Origin: an uncultured Gammaproteobacteria bacterium
GTDB lineage: Bacteria; Tectomicrobia; Entotheonellia; Entotheonellales; Entotheonellaceae
DNA length: 64,000 nucleotides
Direction: 5' to 3'
NCBI GenBank assembly: GCA_963773125.1
Contig: CAVZBC010000079.1
Coordinates: 28,761-92,760 of the forward strand
Translations under genes and position numbers: made by a program
The notes under the pieces: generated by a model
What the model saw: the letters and a program-made list of their open reading frames with translations, nothing else
What the model was told of the DNA's origin: nothing
Database searches by the model: none
Shown: positions 20,277 through 30,835 of the stretch, one piece after another
Layout: each line of letters begins with the position of its first letter
Position numbering within the stretch: the stretch's first letter is position 1

Positions 20277-21545
20277 TTACTCAACGCGGCTCGGATGGGA
20301 GTGGACCGGCACGGCTGACGCCTCGTCCGGATGAGGCAGGGATGCACTTGCCACAGTGCGGGTGCGCTGCCAGGTGTTCAGTAAGACTTTAATGATGGCC
20401 GCGACAGGAGTCGCCAGGAAGACGCCAGCAGTACCTGCGAGTTCTGCCCCGCAAAGGACTGCCACGATAATCACGGCTGGATGAAGATGAATATGCTGCC
20501 CCATGACGCGAGGCACGACAATATAGTCCTGCACCACACGTAAGCATACCAGCGCTAGTAACACCCATACAGCGAGCAGTGGATCCCGGACCACCGCGAC
20601 TAAACAGATGATCGCCCCAGCAAGTAGCGGTCCAAATACCGGAATGAATTCGAGGACTGCAGCCAACAAACCGAGGAGAAAACCGTATGGTATCCTCAAC
20701 AACGTCAGCAGTCCGATGATCCACACACCCATGAGCACGCACAAGGCGAGCTGGGTGCGAATGAATGCGGCCAACACGCCCTCAATAGCATCCAATATTT
20801 CTGCGATACGCTGACGTTGCTCGGGCCGGGGAACGTAGGCCAGGAAGCCGCCACGCAGACGACCGCTATCCTGTAACAAGAAAAACGCCAATAAGGGTGG
20901 GATGAGCAGCCACCAGGCCCGGGAAAGCGCCGTGGTGAGTTCTGTTACCAGCGTTTCAAAAATTGATAAAAGCGTTTGTACTCCTTTGGCAAGACCCGTG
21001 TTCACCAGCGGGCGCCAGGCTGTCGGCAGATTATAACGGAGGTATAAAGCCGCCAGATGATCCGTTGTTTCCTGGAGAAAGGTGACATAGGCTGGCACAC
21101 TCTGAATGAGACTCCCTCCCTCCTTCAAGGCAATAGGCAGAAACACCAGGGACAAGGCAATTATCGCAGCCAGACCAAAAAGGTATACAAGGGAGATAGT
21201 GAGAATACGAGGCAGGCGAGGCACCGGCAGAGACACGCGCCCACACTGTAATCGCCCGCGCGCGAATGTCCGCACGATTGGTTCCAACAGATAGCTCAGA
21301 AGTAGAGACAGGAGCAGCAGGAGCAAAATGGTCCGGAGCGCGTATAGTCCCCACAATAGTCCTAACATGGCCGCACAGACCAGCACGATTTTCATGATGA
21401 CCGGCAGAGGGAAAGCCTCACGATGTTGAGACAGCGCTGGGTAGTTGTTGGGGAGGCGGTCTGCCATACCGTGGCCTTCATTGCTTACGAGTTGATGTCT
21501 CACCCTCGCGGGCGGCTTGTGCAGCCTGGAATGGTTCTCAACCAA
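20277..21545 (-). CDS. AI-2E family transporter (PerM/UPF0118)
   Basis: Polytopic membrane protein with the typical C-terminal half (LEFIPVFGPLLAGAI). The start is possibly internal (MADRLPNNY). Confidence 0.7.
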   Translation of the reverse strand: MVENHSRLHKPPARVRHQLVSNEGHGMADRLPNNYPALSQHREAFPLPVIMKIVLVCAAMLGLLWGLYALRTILLLLLLSLLLSYLLEPIVRTFARGRLQCGRVSLPVPRLPRILTISLVYLFGLAAIIALSLVFLPIALKEGGSLIQSVPAYVTFLQETTDHLAALYLRYNLPTAWRPLVNTGLAKGVQTLLSIFETLVTELTTALSRAWWLLIPPLLAFFLLQDSGRLRGGFLAYVPRPEQRQRIAEILDAIEGVLAAFIRTQLALCVLMGVWIIGLLTLLRIPYGFLLGLLAAVLEFIPVFGPLLAGAIICLVAVVRDPLLAVWVLLALVCLRVVQDYIVVPRVMGQHIHLHPAVIIVAVLCGAELAGTAGVFLATPVAAIIKVLLNTWQRTRTVASASLPHPDEASAVPVHSHPSRVE

Positions 21546-21682
21546 TGTCCTGGTTGGATTTGCCCCAAACTACAGGACCAGGTTAAACGGCCGTTCTCGG
21601 TTAAGCCTTGAGATGTATGTATGGTAGCGAGGTCGTACATATTCCACAAGAGAGAATGCGGGAGACGCTGTCTGGATCGATT

Positions 21683-22444
21683 TCAAGGGATAGGATAGTA
21701 CCAGTTGAGGAGTTCTGGACCCCAGACCATGGCGATCAGCGCTCCTATGGCCAGGAATGGACCAAAGGGCACTGGGTCCTTGCGACCTTTTTTCTTCAGG
21801 AGGATAAGACTGACGCCGACCGAGGCGCCGAGCAAGGCACTAAACAGGATGGTCACTAAGACCGCCTGCCAACCGAGGAAGGCGCCGATCATGGCGATCA
21901 GTTTAATGTCCCCTCCCCCCATACCTCCTTGGCTCACCAGAGCGATAAGGAGAAATAGCCCCCCACCCAGGCATACACCGAGAATACCATTAACGATCCC
22001 CACGGAGGTCAGCGTAAGACTGGTAAATAATCCGACGAGTATCCCCGGTAGTGTGATGGCGTCAGGCACAATCTTATGGGCGAGATCAATAAAGGAGATA
22101 ATGAGGAGCGCCGTGGTAAGGAGGATAAAGATGACACTTTCCACTGTGAAGCCGAAGTGATGGTATAAGAAGACATACAATAAGCCGCAGAGCAGCTCGA
22201 CAAGCGGATAACGCCAGGAAATGATGACATGGCAATATGCACAGCGTCCCCCTAGCCACAGATAGCTGAGTACAGGGATATTGTGCCATGGACGAATAGG
22301 CTGCTGACAAAAGGGGCAATGAGAGCCTGGAGTCACAAGAGATTGCCTCCAGGGGAGACGATGGATACAGACATTGGCAAAACTCCCCACGATCGTGCCA
22401 AAAATGAAGGCAAAGAGATATTCAATGGTCAACAGAGTACTCAC
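21683..22444 (-). CDS. pilD: Prepilin peptidase / N-methyltransferase (A24 family, PilD)
   Basis: N-terminal Cys cluster (CPFCQQPI...GRCAYC), the catalytic region GGGDIKLIAMIGAFLGW, and the second Asp region. Confidence 0.9.
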   Translation of the reverse strand: MSTLLTIEYLFAFIFGTIVGSFANVCIHRLPWRQSLVTPGSHCPFCQQPIRPWHNIPVLSYLWLGGRCAYCHVIISWRYPLVELLCGLLYVFLYHHFGFTVESVIFILLTTALLIISFIDLAHKIVPDAITLPGILVGLFTSLTLTSVGIVNGILGVCLGGGLFLLIALVSQGGMGGGDIKLIAMIGAFLGWQAVLVTILFSALLGASVGVSLILLKKKGRKDPVPFGPFLAIGALIAMVWGPELLNWYYPIP

Positions 22445-22485
22445 CGGATCTCCTTCAAGTATGCCTAGGCGCTTCGCAGGAAGCC

Positions 22486-24583
22486 CTACGGGAACTCCCC
22501 TGGCTCTCGAGCTGTCTGATAATCCTGCAGCTGTGCTTGAATGAAGGCTACCAGGCCAGGATCATTGACAGGGTTGATATGGCTCAAGGCTTGTTGGACT
22601 ACGCGGGCTGCCGCCTGACTCTGCCCGGCAGCCTGATAGGCTGCAGCGAGCGTTCGCAGAGTGAGCGGGTGGCGGAAGTCTGTCCCTGCACAGGCCTGCT
22701 CGGCCAGCGCTACGGCCTCAGTAATGTCGTGTGCTGCAGGGGTCGCTTGCGTAATCAGCAGCCAGGCTAAGTTATTGGCAGCTTGAGGCCACTGGGGACG
22801 GCGCCGCAAGGCTTCACGATATGCCACCATAGCGTCACTGCGGTATCCCTGTTGCCATAAAATGCCTGCCAGATTATATGGCGCTTCGGGAAGCAGGGGC
22901 ATGAGCTGGGCCGCTTTGGTGAACGTCGCCATCGCTTCAGTCATTCGGCCCTGCTTCACCATGGCATCACCCAGGTTGTTATAGGGCAGCGCCCAGTCTG
23001 GTCTCAGCCGTAGCGCTGCGGTATAGTGGGCAATGGCTTCGTCGGCTTTCCCCTGCTTCGCCAGGGTAGTGCCAAGATTGTTGTGGGCTTCAGCCCACGA
23101 CGGTTTGAGGCTGAGGGCTTTGGTATAATGCCCGATAGCTGCGTTAAGCTCGCCCTGGGCAGCCAAAGCGTCGGCCAGATTATAGTGGGCTTCAGGCATC
23201 GTGGCCTTGAGCTGGAGCGCTGCGGTATAGTGGGCAATGGCCTGGGGAACGTTGCCCTGCTGCGCCAGGGTTAACCCCAGGTTGTTATGGGCGACAGCAC
23301 TGCGAGGATTTATCTGCAAGGCATGGGTAAACAAGGTGGTTGTATGACGCCAGATCTGGAGCTGTTGACTACTGCGCCACCCGAGAAGTCCAACGATTAT
23401 TACCGCCCCTACGAGGAGTCCTGGCCTGCGTTGACCCCACTCTTGTCCACACCAGCCTACGCCCAAGGCGATGCCAAGCATAGCAAAATAGGTGTAGCGA
23501 TCCGCCACAGTGGAATAGGCCTGAAACAGAAACGGCACCAGACCAAGAACGGGCAAGACACTGAGAGTGAAGACTACTGCAGCAATACCCGATTCCCCTA
23601 TACCGCCGCCGATGCCACCAGACTACGAAACACCCTATGCCAAGCAGCACGGCCGGAAATGCCGCCTTCCCTGCGGTCACCACCAGCTGTGGGGTGCGTC
23701 CGTAATCAGGTCCCAGCTGGAGCGGCCAGAGTATTTTCCAACCATAAAACACTAAGGCGTCGATGGCTACCAGGAGGCGCTGCCACCAGGTCGGGATAAA
23801 GGCCAGGGCCGCATCGGGCTGCTGCACCTTTGTCCAGACGCTCCAGGCCAGCGCCAATAGAAGCCAACCGCTAAGAGGATACCAGACTTTTCTTCCTACA
23901 TAACGCCCAGGGCATGCGGCAAGCACACCGGCAACCAGGGGGGTGACGACTACAGCCGGTTTTGCTAATAGGGCACATCCAAAAGCGACTGTCGCCAGTC
24001 CGTAATGGCTCCATAGCCGTTTTCTTCCTTGGGCGTGAGCAAATTCGAGGTATTGCCACACCGATATCAGGGCCAAAAAACCAGAGAGGACATCTTTCAG
24101 GCCACTCACCCAGGCCACTGCTTCTACTTGTAAAGGATGCAGGGCAAATACCAGAGCCCCCAAGGCGGCGGCCGTGATGCGGTGATGAGGTAGCCCAACA
24201 GAGGGCATCCAGAGGCATCCTACACGATAGACAATGAGGGTGTTTGCGAGATGCAGCAGTAGGTTGAGACGGTGAAACAGGTCCGCGGTAAGAGGACCGG
24301 GCAACAACGTGTGGGAAACCCAGACTAAGGCCCCCCAGACCGTATACGTCAGTGGGATATAGAGATGCTCGTATGGGCTGTGCCAGAAGGCAAGGATGTT
24401 GGCCCAGGTCAACGATATGAATCGAGGGTTGTCGTACACATGCAGATCATCATCCCAGGCGACAAAATTGAAGCCCAGCACTGGCCAAAAAATCGCCGTG
24501 GTTAGAGCCAGCAGGAGAAAGATCAGCCCCCATTGTTGCCAGCGCGGCAGGAGAACCGGGGGTGGGGAACTAAGGGAGTGCAT
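22486..24583 (-). CDS. TMTC-like GT-C membrane glycosyltransferase with TPR domain, paralogue 1 (one frameshift)
   Basis: The membrane domain is in ORF 23369..24637 (FVAWDDDLHVYDNPRF; FALHPLQVEAVAWVSGLKDVL). The last TMs plus ~5 TPRs are in ORF 22486..23556. A 1-nt insertion sits near 23589 (..YRGIG / IAAVVFTLSVLPVLGLVPF..). The span is 2098 nt = 3n+1. The start is inferred at ATG 24581-24583 (MHSLSS), by analogy with the other junctions. Confidence 0.75.
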
Positions 24584-26867
24584 GGCTCGGGGTCCTCTGG
24601 TCGATCTCGGTAAACTGGGCGGCGATTTGCCTGACAAGTTCTTGCTGTCCAGTCGATGTGGCCAGGGCTAAAGCCTGTTTGGCAGTCGTGTGTGCTCCTA
24701 TGACGGCTCCTGTGGCCCGGTAAGCCATGGCCAGCGTAAACAGCGCTGCCGCGTCGCTATAATGCGTGGCCTGGCATGTCTGTTCGGCAAGTGTCACGGC
24801 TTCCGCCACCTCGGATGGTGCAGGAGGACTCGGGGCAAGCAACAACCACACTAACGGCAGAGAGGCCTGCACCCAGCCTGGTCGTAGACGCAGGGCTGCA
24901 CGGTACGCGGCAAGCGCTTCTTGGCGTTGACCTTGATGAATGGCCGCCACGCCGAGGTTGTAGTAGGCCTCGGCCCATGCCGGCCGGAGTTGGAGGGCAG
25001 TGCGAAAATGCTGCATTGCCTCCGCGGCACGGTGTTGTTTCAGGAGTGCATCTCCGAGGTTGTTGTGCGCTTCTGCAAAGTCTGGTTGATACGTGAGCGC
25101 TTGCTGGTAATGGGTGATGGCTTCAGAGATACGTCCTGCGTCATCGAGGCTGCTGCCGAGGTTGTTATGCGCTTCGGCCCAGGCTGGCTTCAGTTGTACG
25201 GCCTGGATATAGTGAGTGAGTGCTTGTTCAAGCTGACCCTGGCGTCGTAACACATTCCCCAGATTATAGTGCACCTCGGCGGCCTCCGGGTCGAGCTGCA
25301 GGGCTTGGTGATACTGCGCTATGGCTTCGTCCACACGTCCCTGGTCGGCCAAGGCAAAACCGAGGTTGCTGTATGCCGCAATGAAATCGGGTTTGAGTTG
25401 TAAGGCTTTGGTATAGTGCGCCATAGCTTCTGCAGGTTGCCCCTGTTGAAACAACACCAGGCCGAGGTTGTTATAAACCGTGGCATAGTGCGGATTGAGC
25501 TGCAGCGCCTGTGCGTAGTGCGCCATGGCTTCTGTATAGTGTTCCTGTTGGGCGAACACCGTGCCAAGCTTACTGTGGGCGAGCGCACTCCGTGGATTGA
25601 CCTGCAAGGCGTGGGTGAAGAGCGTCATGGTATCATGCCAGATGCCCACCTGCTGGGCGCTCCTCCATCCCAACAGAGCAATGCAGAGTCCCGTCGTGAC
25701 CAGCACGAGCTTGACGGATTGGACTCGGCCTACTGCCCACCCGACTGCCAGCGCTGGCCCGATGACGGCAAGATACACGTAGCGATCCGCCACTGTAGAA
25801 TATCCCTGGAAAAAGAAAGGTACCCAGCCTAACACGGGAAGTAACGCTACCGTAAACAATTTGGCACCTAATGTGATCCCTGTAAGCCAGCGTCGTCCCC
25901 ACCACAGCCCAAATCCCAACAATACAGGTACACCTCCCGTCAGAAGCCACCAGCCCTGGTGTAATACCAGCAGTGGTGACCTGCCATAATCAGGACCCAA
26001 GCTGACCGGCCAGAGAAGCTTGCCGAGGTAGAATGCCAGCGCATCTGCCACTATCACAGGGCGATTCCACAGAGGGACAACGAAGTTCATGGCGGCATCA
26101 GGCTGCTGCCATTTGCTCCATACTCCCCACACGAGGGCGAGCACTATCCAGCCTGCCAGGGCTGAGGTGGCTTCCCTGCGCTGTTGACCCAGTCCACTTG
26201 TCGCCAGTAACCACGCAAGAAGAGGCACCATAACTGCCGCAGGTTTTGCCAGCAGGGAGAGTCCAAAAGCGCCTGTGGCTATCACGTAGTGGCAGGTCCG
26301 TTGCGAGCCCTGAGGCGCCTGCACGTATGCGAGGTATTGCCACAATGCCACAACTGCCCACCAGCCACAGAGCACGTCTTTGAGTCCACTCACCCACGCC
26401 ACGGCTTCGACTTGTAGGGGATGGAGTGCAAAGATAAAGGCGCCTGCTGCTGCAGCCCAGGGACTACGGTTAGGCCATAGCACTGGAGGATGGTGCCAGA
26501 GGAGCAAGCCAATGCGGTACACTACCAGGGTGCTGCCGAGATGGATGAGCAAGTTGAGACTGTGACAGAGGCGGGCGATCATGCCTTCTGCAAAAAAGGC
26601 CTCGGAGAACCACGTTAGCACGGCCCAGGTCGTGTAGGTTAAAGGCATATAGAGACCCGCATATGGGGCACGCCAAAACCTGCCTACCTGCGCCCACGTC
26701 GTGGGCTGAAAGCGTGGATTCGCATACACGTGATGGTCATCATCCCAGGCAACAAAGTCGTACTGCATGACGGGTCCTAACACGGCCATGGTAGCGAGCA
26801 GCAACAGCCCACCCAAGAGATATGGGAATGACCAGGCCACAGCAGGTGCCGGCTTAAGGAACTTCAT
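24570..26867 (-). CDS. TMTC-like GT-C membrane glycosyltransferase with TPR domain, paralogue 2 (765 aa, ~7 TPRs)
   Basis: FVAWDDDHHVYANPRF in the first loop, FALHPLQVEAVAWVSGLKDVL (DUF1736-like), YSTVADRY, then seven 34-aa TPR units (..AMAHYxxALQLxP..NLG..). Confidence 0.8.
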   Translation of the reverse strand: MKFLKPAPAVAWSFPYLLGGLLLLATMAVLGPVMQYDFVAWDDDHHVYANPRFQPTTWAQVGRFWRAPYAGLYMPLTYTTWAVLTWFSEAFFAEGMIARLCHSLNLLIHLGSTLVVYRIGLLLWHHPPVLWPNRSPWAAAAGAFIFALHPLQVEAVAWVSGLKDVLCGWWAVVALWQYLAYVQAPQGSQRTCHYVIATGAFGLSLLAKPAAVMVPLLAWLLATSGLGQQRREATSALAGWIVLALVWGVWSKWQQPDAAMNFVVPLWNRPVIVADALAFYLGKLLWPVSLGPDYGRSPLLVLHQGWWLLTGGVPVLLGFGLWWGRRWLTGITLGAKLFTVALLPVLGWVPFFFQGYSTVADRYVYLAVIGPALAVGWAVGRVQSVKLVLVTTGLCIALLGWRSAQQVGIWHDTMTLFTHALQVNPRSALAHSKLGTVFAQQEHYTEAMAHYAQALQLNPHYATVYNNLGLVLFQQGQPAEAMAHYTKALQLKPDFIAAYSNLGFALADQGRVDEAIAQYHQALQLDPEAAEVHYNLGNVLRRQGQLEQALTHYIQAVQLKPAWAEAHNNLGSSLDDAGRISEAITHYQQALTYQPDFAEAHNNLGDALLKQHRAAEAMQHFRTALQLRPAWAEAYYNLGVAAIHQGQRQEALAAYRAALRLRPGWVQASLPLVWLLLAPSPPAPSEVAEAVTLAEQTCQATHYSDAAALFTLAMAYRATGAVIGAHTTAKQALALATSTGQQELVRQIAAQFTEIDQRTPSHALP

Positions 26868-28626
26868 GATGTGTGAACCTCTGTGTGTATGCGGGGAGCA
26901 GGGCTTCGATCTGGTGGACCAGGGAAAAATTTCTGGTCGCTCTCGCCTGCGCCAGGGCTGTTCGGTATGCCGAAACGGCCTCGGTGATGCGGCCTTGCTG
27001 CGAGAAAATATTTCCTATGTTGTAGTAGACATCCGACCAGCCGGGTTTTAAGAGCAAGGCTGTGGCATACTGCGCGAGTGCTGCGTCATGTTGCCCCTGG
27101 GCACCGAGGGTAACTCCCAGGTTGTTATGCGCCGCGGCCCAGCCAGGTCGGTAGTGCAGAGCGGTGTTATGGTGGGTGATAGCGTCATCGAACTTGCCCA
27201 TCATAGTGAAAATTTTCCCCAGGTTATAGTGTGCTTCTGGAAGATCAGGCCGTAGTTGTACGGCCGTCTGAAACGACGTGAGTGCTGCGTCCAGACGCCC
27301 TTCCTTGGCGAAGGTAAGACCGAGGTTGTTATGTGACATGGCACTCTGGGGGTTCACCTGCAAAGCGTGCGTGAGGAGGGTCATGGTATCGCGCCATATG
27401 TGCACTTGCTCGATACTGCGCCAGGCGAGCAGGCTGACCAGGAGGGCTCCAGCAATCCACACGCTGTACCTCCGACTATGGTTCTGGATCCACCACCCTC
27501 CCCCGAGCGCTACTCCCACCATGGCAAGGTATACATAACGGTCAGCCACAGTAGAGTAGGCCTGAAACATAAAGGGGATAAAGCCGAGGACGGGTGCCAA
27601 GCCAGCAACAAACACGCTGCCAGCGAGGAGGAGCCCTGGCCATTGTGTTCTCCGGCGCCACAGGATCACCCCGAGCCCAAGTGGCACCATACCCGTAAGC
27701 AGCCCCCTGCCCTGCTCGATAACTATTTGAGGCATCCGTCCATAGTCCGGGCCCAGGCTCATGGGCCACAGCAGTTTGCCCAGGTAAAAAGCCATGGTAT
27801 CAAGCGCCAGCAATGGTCGAACCCATAACGGGGCCACGAACGAGAGGGCCATATCGGGCTGCTGGCTCTTAGTCCAAATGCCCCATGCTAGCGCTATGAG
27901 CAGCCATCCGCTCAAGGCCCGACAGGCCTGTTGCCACGGTTGTCCGAGTCCTCCTATCGCCAGGAGCGCGGCCATGATTGGCCCAGCGACAGCCATTGGT
28001 TTGGAAAGCAGTGCACAGCCAAACGCTACTGTGGCGATGCTATAGTGGAGTGTTTGTTTCCACTTCTGGTGGCTCTGTACAAAGCTCAGGTACTGCCACA
28101 GAGCCACAACTGTCCACCAGCCACACAGGACGTCTTTGAGACCGCTCACCCACGCCACGGCTTCTACTTGCAGCGGATGCAGACCAAACAACAAGGCTCC
28201 GAAGCCAGAAGCGACAACCGACTGCATGCTGGGGGGTGTCCGACGATGAAAAAGCAGCAGGCTGATACGGTACACCACAAGTACACTGCCGATGTGCAGG
28301 AGCAGGTTGAGGCGATGAAATGCTTCCGCTGGCATGGGGGCGGCGTGCTCTGTCTGACTCAGCCAGGCAATAGCGGCCCAGACCGTGTAGGTCAATGGAA
28401 TGTAGAGGTGTTCATAAGGCGCACGCCAAAAAATCTCCAGGTTGGACCAGGTGAATGGGGACAGGTATGGGTTGGCGTAGACATGCAGATCATCGTCCCA
28501 CACCACGAAATCGAAGCGAGTAACTGGGCCAAATACCAGCAGGAGGACGCTGACCAAAATAAGGGCCGCTCCCCACACAGGGCGGATATTGCTGACAGGG
28601 GTGACCATGGAGTTACGGCATGCCAT
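26854..28626 (-). CDS. TMTC-like GT-C membrane glycosyltransferase with TPR domain, paralogue 3 (~590 aa, ~4 TPRs)
   Basis: FVVWDDDLHVYANPYL, FGLHPLQVEAVAWVSGLKDVL and four TPR units. The start is chosen at ATG 28624-28626 (MACRNSM), which gives the same 14-nt overlap as the other junctions. ATG 28606-28608 is also possible. Confidence 0.75.
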   Translation of the reverse strand: MACRNSMVTPVSNIRPVWGAALILVSVLLLVFGPVTRFDFVVWDDDLHVYANPYLSPFTWSNLEIFWRAPYEHLYIPLTYTVWAAIAWLSQTEHAAPMPAEAFHRLNLLLHIGSVLVVYRISLLLFHRRTPPSMQSVVASGFGALLFGLHPLQVEAVAWVSGLKDVLCGWWTVVALWQYLSFVQSHQKWKQTLHYSIATVAFGCALLSKPMAVAGPIMAALLAIGGLGQPWQQACRALSGWLLIALAWGIWTKSQQPDMALSFVAPLWVRPLLALDTMAFYLGKLLWPMSLGPDYGRMPQIVIEQGRGLLTGMVPLGLGVILWRRRTQWPGLLLAGSVFVAGLAPVLGFIPFMFQAYSTVADRYVYLAMVGVALGGGWWIQNHSRRYSVWIAGALLVSLLAWRSIEQVHIWRDTMTLLTHALQVNPQSAMSHNNLGLTFAKEGRLDAALTSFQTAVQLRPDLPEAHYNLGKIFTMMGKFDDAITHHNTALHYRPGWAAAHNNLGVTLGAQGQHDAALAQYATALLLKPGWSDVYYNIGNIFSQQGRITEAVSAYRTALAQARATRNFSLVHQIEALLPAYTQRFTHHEVP

Positions 28627-30688
28627 ACAACACCTCCTTCTGGACAAGGTCTGGGAAGTAGGTATGGACCCGAGCGACGATATCGGCATCTGCAGCGGCA
28701 GTCGCCAGGTCCAGGGCCTGCTGGGCCGTTGCGTACGCCTGGGCCGCATGTTGCACAGCCTGGTACGCCACCGCCAGAACAAAGACTGCCAGAGGGTCGC
28801 GGTACTGTGTCGCGACACAGGCTTGTTCAGCCAGGGTTACGGCCTCGGCACCCCTCTGCACTGCAGGTGAGGGGTGTGTCGCTACAAGCCATGCCAGTTG
28901 GGTAGCAGCCTGGGGCCAGGTTGGTCGTAATTGGATGGCCATACGCAAGGCCGCGATGGCCGCATCGTGCTGGCCCAGGTGTGACAACGCCAGACTAAGA
29001 TTGAAGTAGGCCTTGGCATGGTTAGGCTTCAGTTGCAGCGCCCGGGCAAATTGCCGCATTGCTGCACCATATTGCTCCTGGGCAGCCAGAGCAATACCCA
29101 GGTTGTTATAGGTTTCCGCGCTATCTGGGGCGATTGCTAACGCCTGTGTAAAATGCTCTATGGCCTCCACAGGCTGACCCTGGCGCACCAAAGCAAGACC
29201 GAGATTGTTATAGGCGTTCACATAATCCGGCCTGAGACGTATCGCCTGGGTATACGCTGCAATGGCTGCGTCCAGCTTGCCCTGATGAGCCAGGGCGAGT
29301 CCAAGGTTGTTGTGGGTGTAGGCAGAATCTGGGCGCACCTGGAGCGCCTGCTGATAGTGCGCTATGGCCTCTTCGAGGCGGCCTTGTGCGGCAAAGGTGA
29401 AGCCCATATTATTGTGCGCCAGAGCGCTCCGTGGGTTCACCTGCAGGGCATGGGTGAACAGGGTTTCAGTATTCTGCCACACCTGCACCTGGGTGTGGCT
29501 CTTCCATCCCATAAGACCCAGAACCAGCAGGCCCAGCAGTGTGCAGACCGTATGCAGTCTGGTGTACTGCCCGGCCCATGCCAGGCCAATGGCTGGACCA
29601 AGGAGGCTCAGATAGGTATACCGGTCAGCCACGGTGGAATGCCCTTGAAAGAGAAAGGGCACGAATCCCAGGACAGGGAGTAGGCCGATGCTAAATACCG
29701 CCGCAGCGAGCCACAAGCCCCAGTATGAGTGGCGTTTCCACCATAGCACCAGCAGTCCGAAGGGCAGTATCGCCATGGTAGCGCTCCATCCTTGCGCGAC
29801 AATACTCTGCGGTGTGCGCCCGTAATCTGTGCCCAAACCGACAGGCCAGAAGAGCTTGCTGAGATAAAAAGTTATGGTGTCCACAGCAATGAGTGGTCGT
29901 GTCCAGAAAGGGGTAAGGGACACAATGGCCGTATTCGGTTGTTGGGTTTTGGTCCAGATACTCCAGACGATGGCTGTGCACAGCCATGGCCCAAGCCATC
30001 GGGCTGCCTGCTTCCAGGGCTGCCCTATGCCGCTTGTGGCCAATACCCAGGCGAGCGCAGGGACAACCACGGATGATGGCTTGGCTAGCAAGGCGAGGAT
30101 AAAGGCTGCGGTGGCGAGTCCATAGTGTATCCAGCGTCGTTGCACGGCTTGGGCTTGTACACATGCCAGATACTGCCAGAGTGCGATGAGTCCCCAGCAG
30201 CCTGCGAGGACATCTTTCAGACCACTCACCCAGGCCATCGCCTCCACCTGCAACGGGTGGAGGCCGAAAATCAGTCCAGCAACCGCTGCCATTCCTGCCG
30301 TATGGGCCGCCGTTCCCGCTTTGCGCTGATCCAACAGCAATATGACTAGACGGTACACTATGAGTACGTTGACAAGATGGAGTAAAAGGTTAAGCGCGTG
30401 GAACAGGTCGGCGGTATAGGAGCCTGGTGCAAGGCGTTGGGAGAGCCAGGCGACGGCCGCCCACACGTTGTAGGTTACAGGAATGTAGAGATATTCATAA
30501 GGCTGGCGCCAAAAGGCTCCAACCTGTGCCCAAGTCACAGGATGGAAGCGTGGATTGTCATAAACGTGTAGCGCATCGTCCCACGCCACAAAGTCGTAGC
30601 CCAACACAGGACTATATATGGTAGCCGTAATGGCGACGACCAGGAGGCTAAGAAGTGTAACAATATGGCTTTTCTTCTGTCCGCACAT
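28613..30688 (-). CDS. TMTC-like GT-C membrane glycosyltransferase with TPR domain, paralogue 4 (691 aa, ~5 TPRs)
   Basis: FVAWDDALHVYDNPRF, FGLHPLQVEAMAWVSGLKDVL, HSTVADRY, and five TPR units plus a capping helix. Confidence 0.8.
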   Translation of the reverse strand: MCGQKKSHIVTLLSLLVVAITATIYSPVLGYDFVAWDDALHVYDNPRFHPVTWAQVGAFWRQPYEYLYIPVTYNVWAAVAWLSQRLAPGSYTADLFHALNLLLHLVNVLIVYRLVILLLDQRKAGTAAHTAGMAAVAGLIFGLHPLQVEAMAWVSGLKDVLAGCWGLIALWQYLACVQAQAVQRRWIHYGLATAAFILALLAKPSSVVVPALAWVLATSGIGQPWKQAARWLGPWLCTAIVWSIWTKTQQPNTAIVSLTPFWTRPLIAVDTITFYLSKLFWPVGLGTDYGRTPQSIVAQGWSATMAILPFGLLVLWWKRHSYWGLWLAAAVFSIGLLPVLGFVPFLFQGHSTVADRYTYLSLLGPAIGLAWAGQYTRLHTVCTLLGLLVLGLMGWKSHTQVQVWQNTETLFTHALQVNPRSALAHNNMGFTFAAQGRLEEAIAHYQQALQVRPDSAYTHNNLGLALAHQGKLDAAIAAYTQAIRLRPDYVNAYNNLGLALVRQGQPVEAIEHFTQALAIAPDSAETYNNLGIALAAQEQYGAAMRQFARALQLKPNHAKAYFNLSLALSHLGQHDAAIAALRMAIQLRPTWPQAATQLAWLVATHPSPAVQRGAEAVTLAEQACVATQYRDPLAVFVLAVAYQAVQHAAQAYATAQQALDLATAAADADIVARVHTYFPDLVQKEVLYGMP

Positions 30689-30835
30689 GGCTCTCGTCGG
30701 GGGATCAGTACCAGCGCCTGTGACAGGTCTGGCAAAATAGACTGCCGCTGTTTTCTCTGCTCTCGCAAAGGTCCTATCGGCAGAAACCGGTTTTCAATCG
30801 AGTCTGTTTTTTTGCCAGAGGTCAACGTGCTGCAT

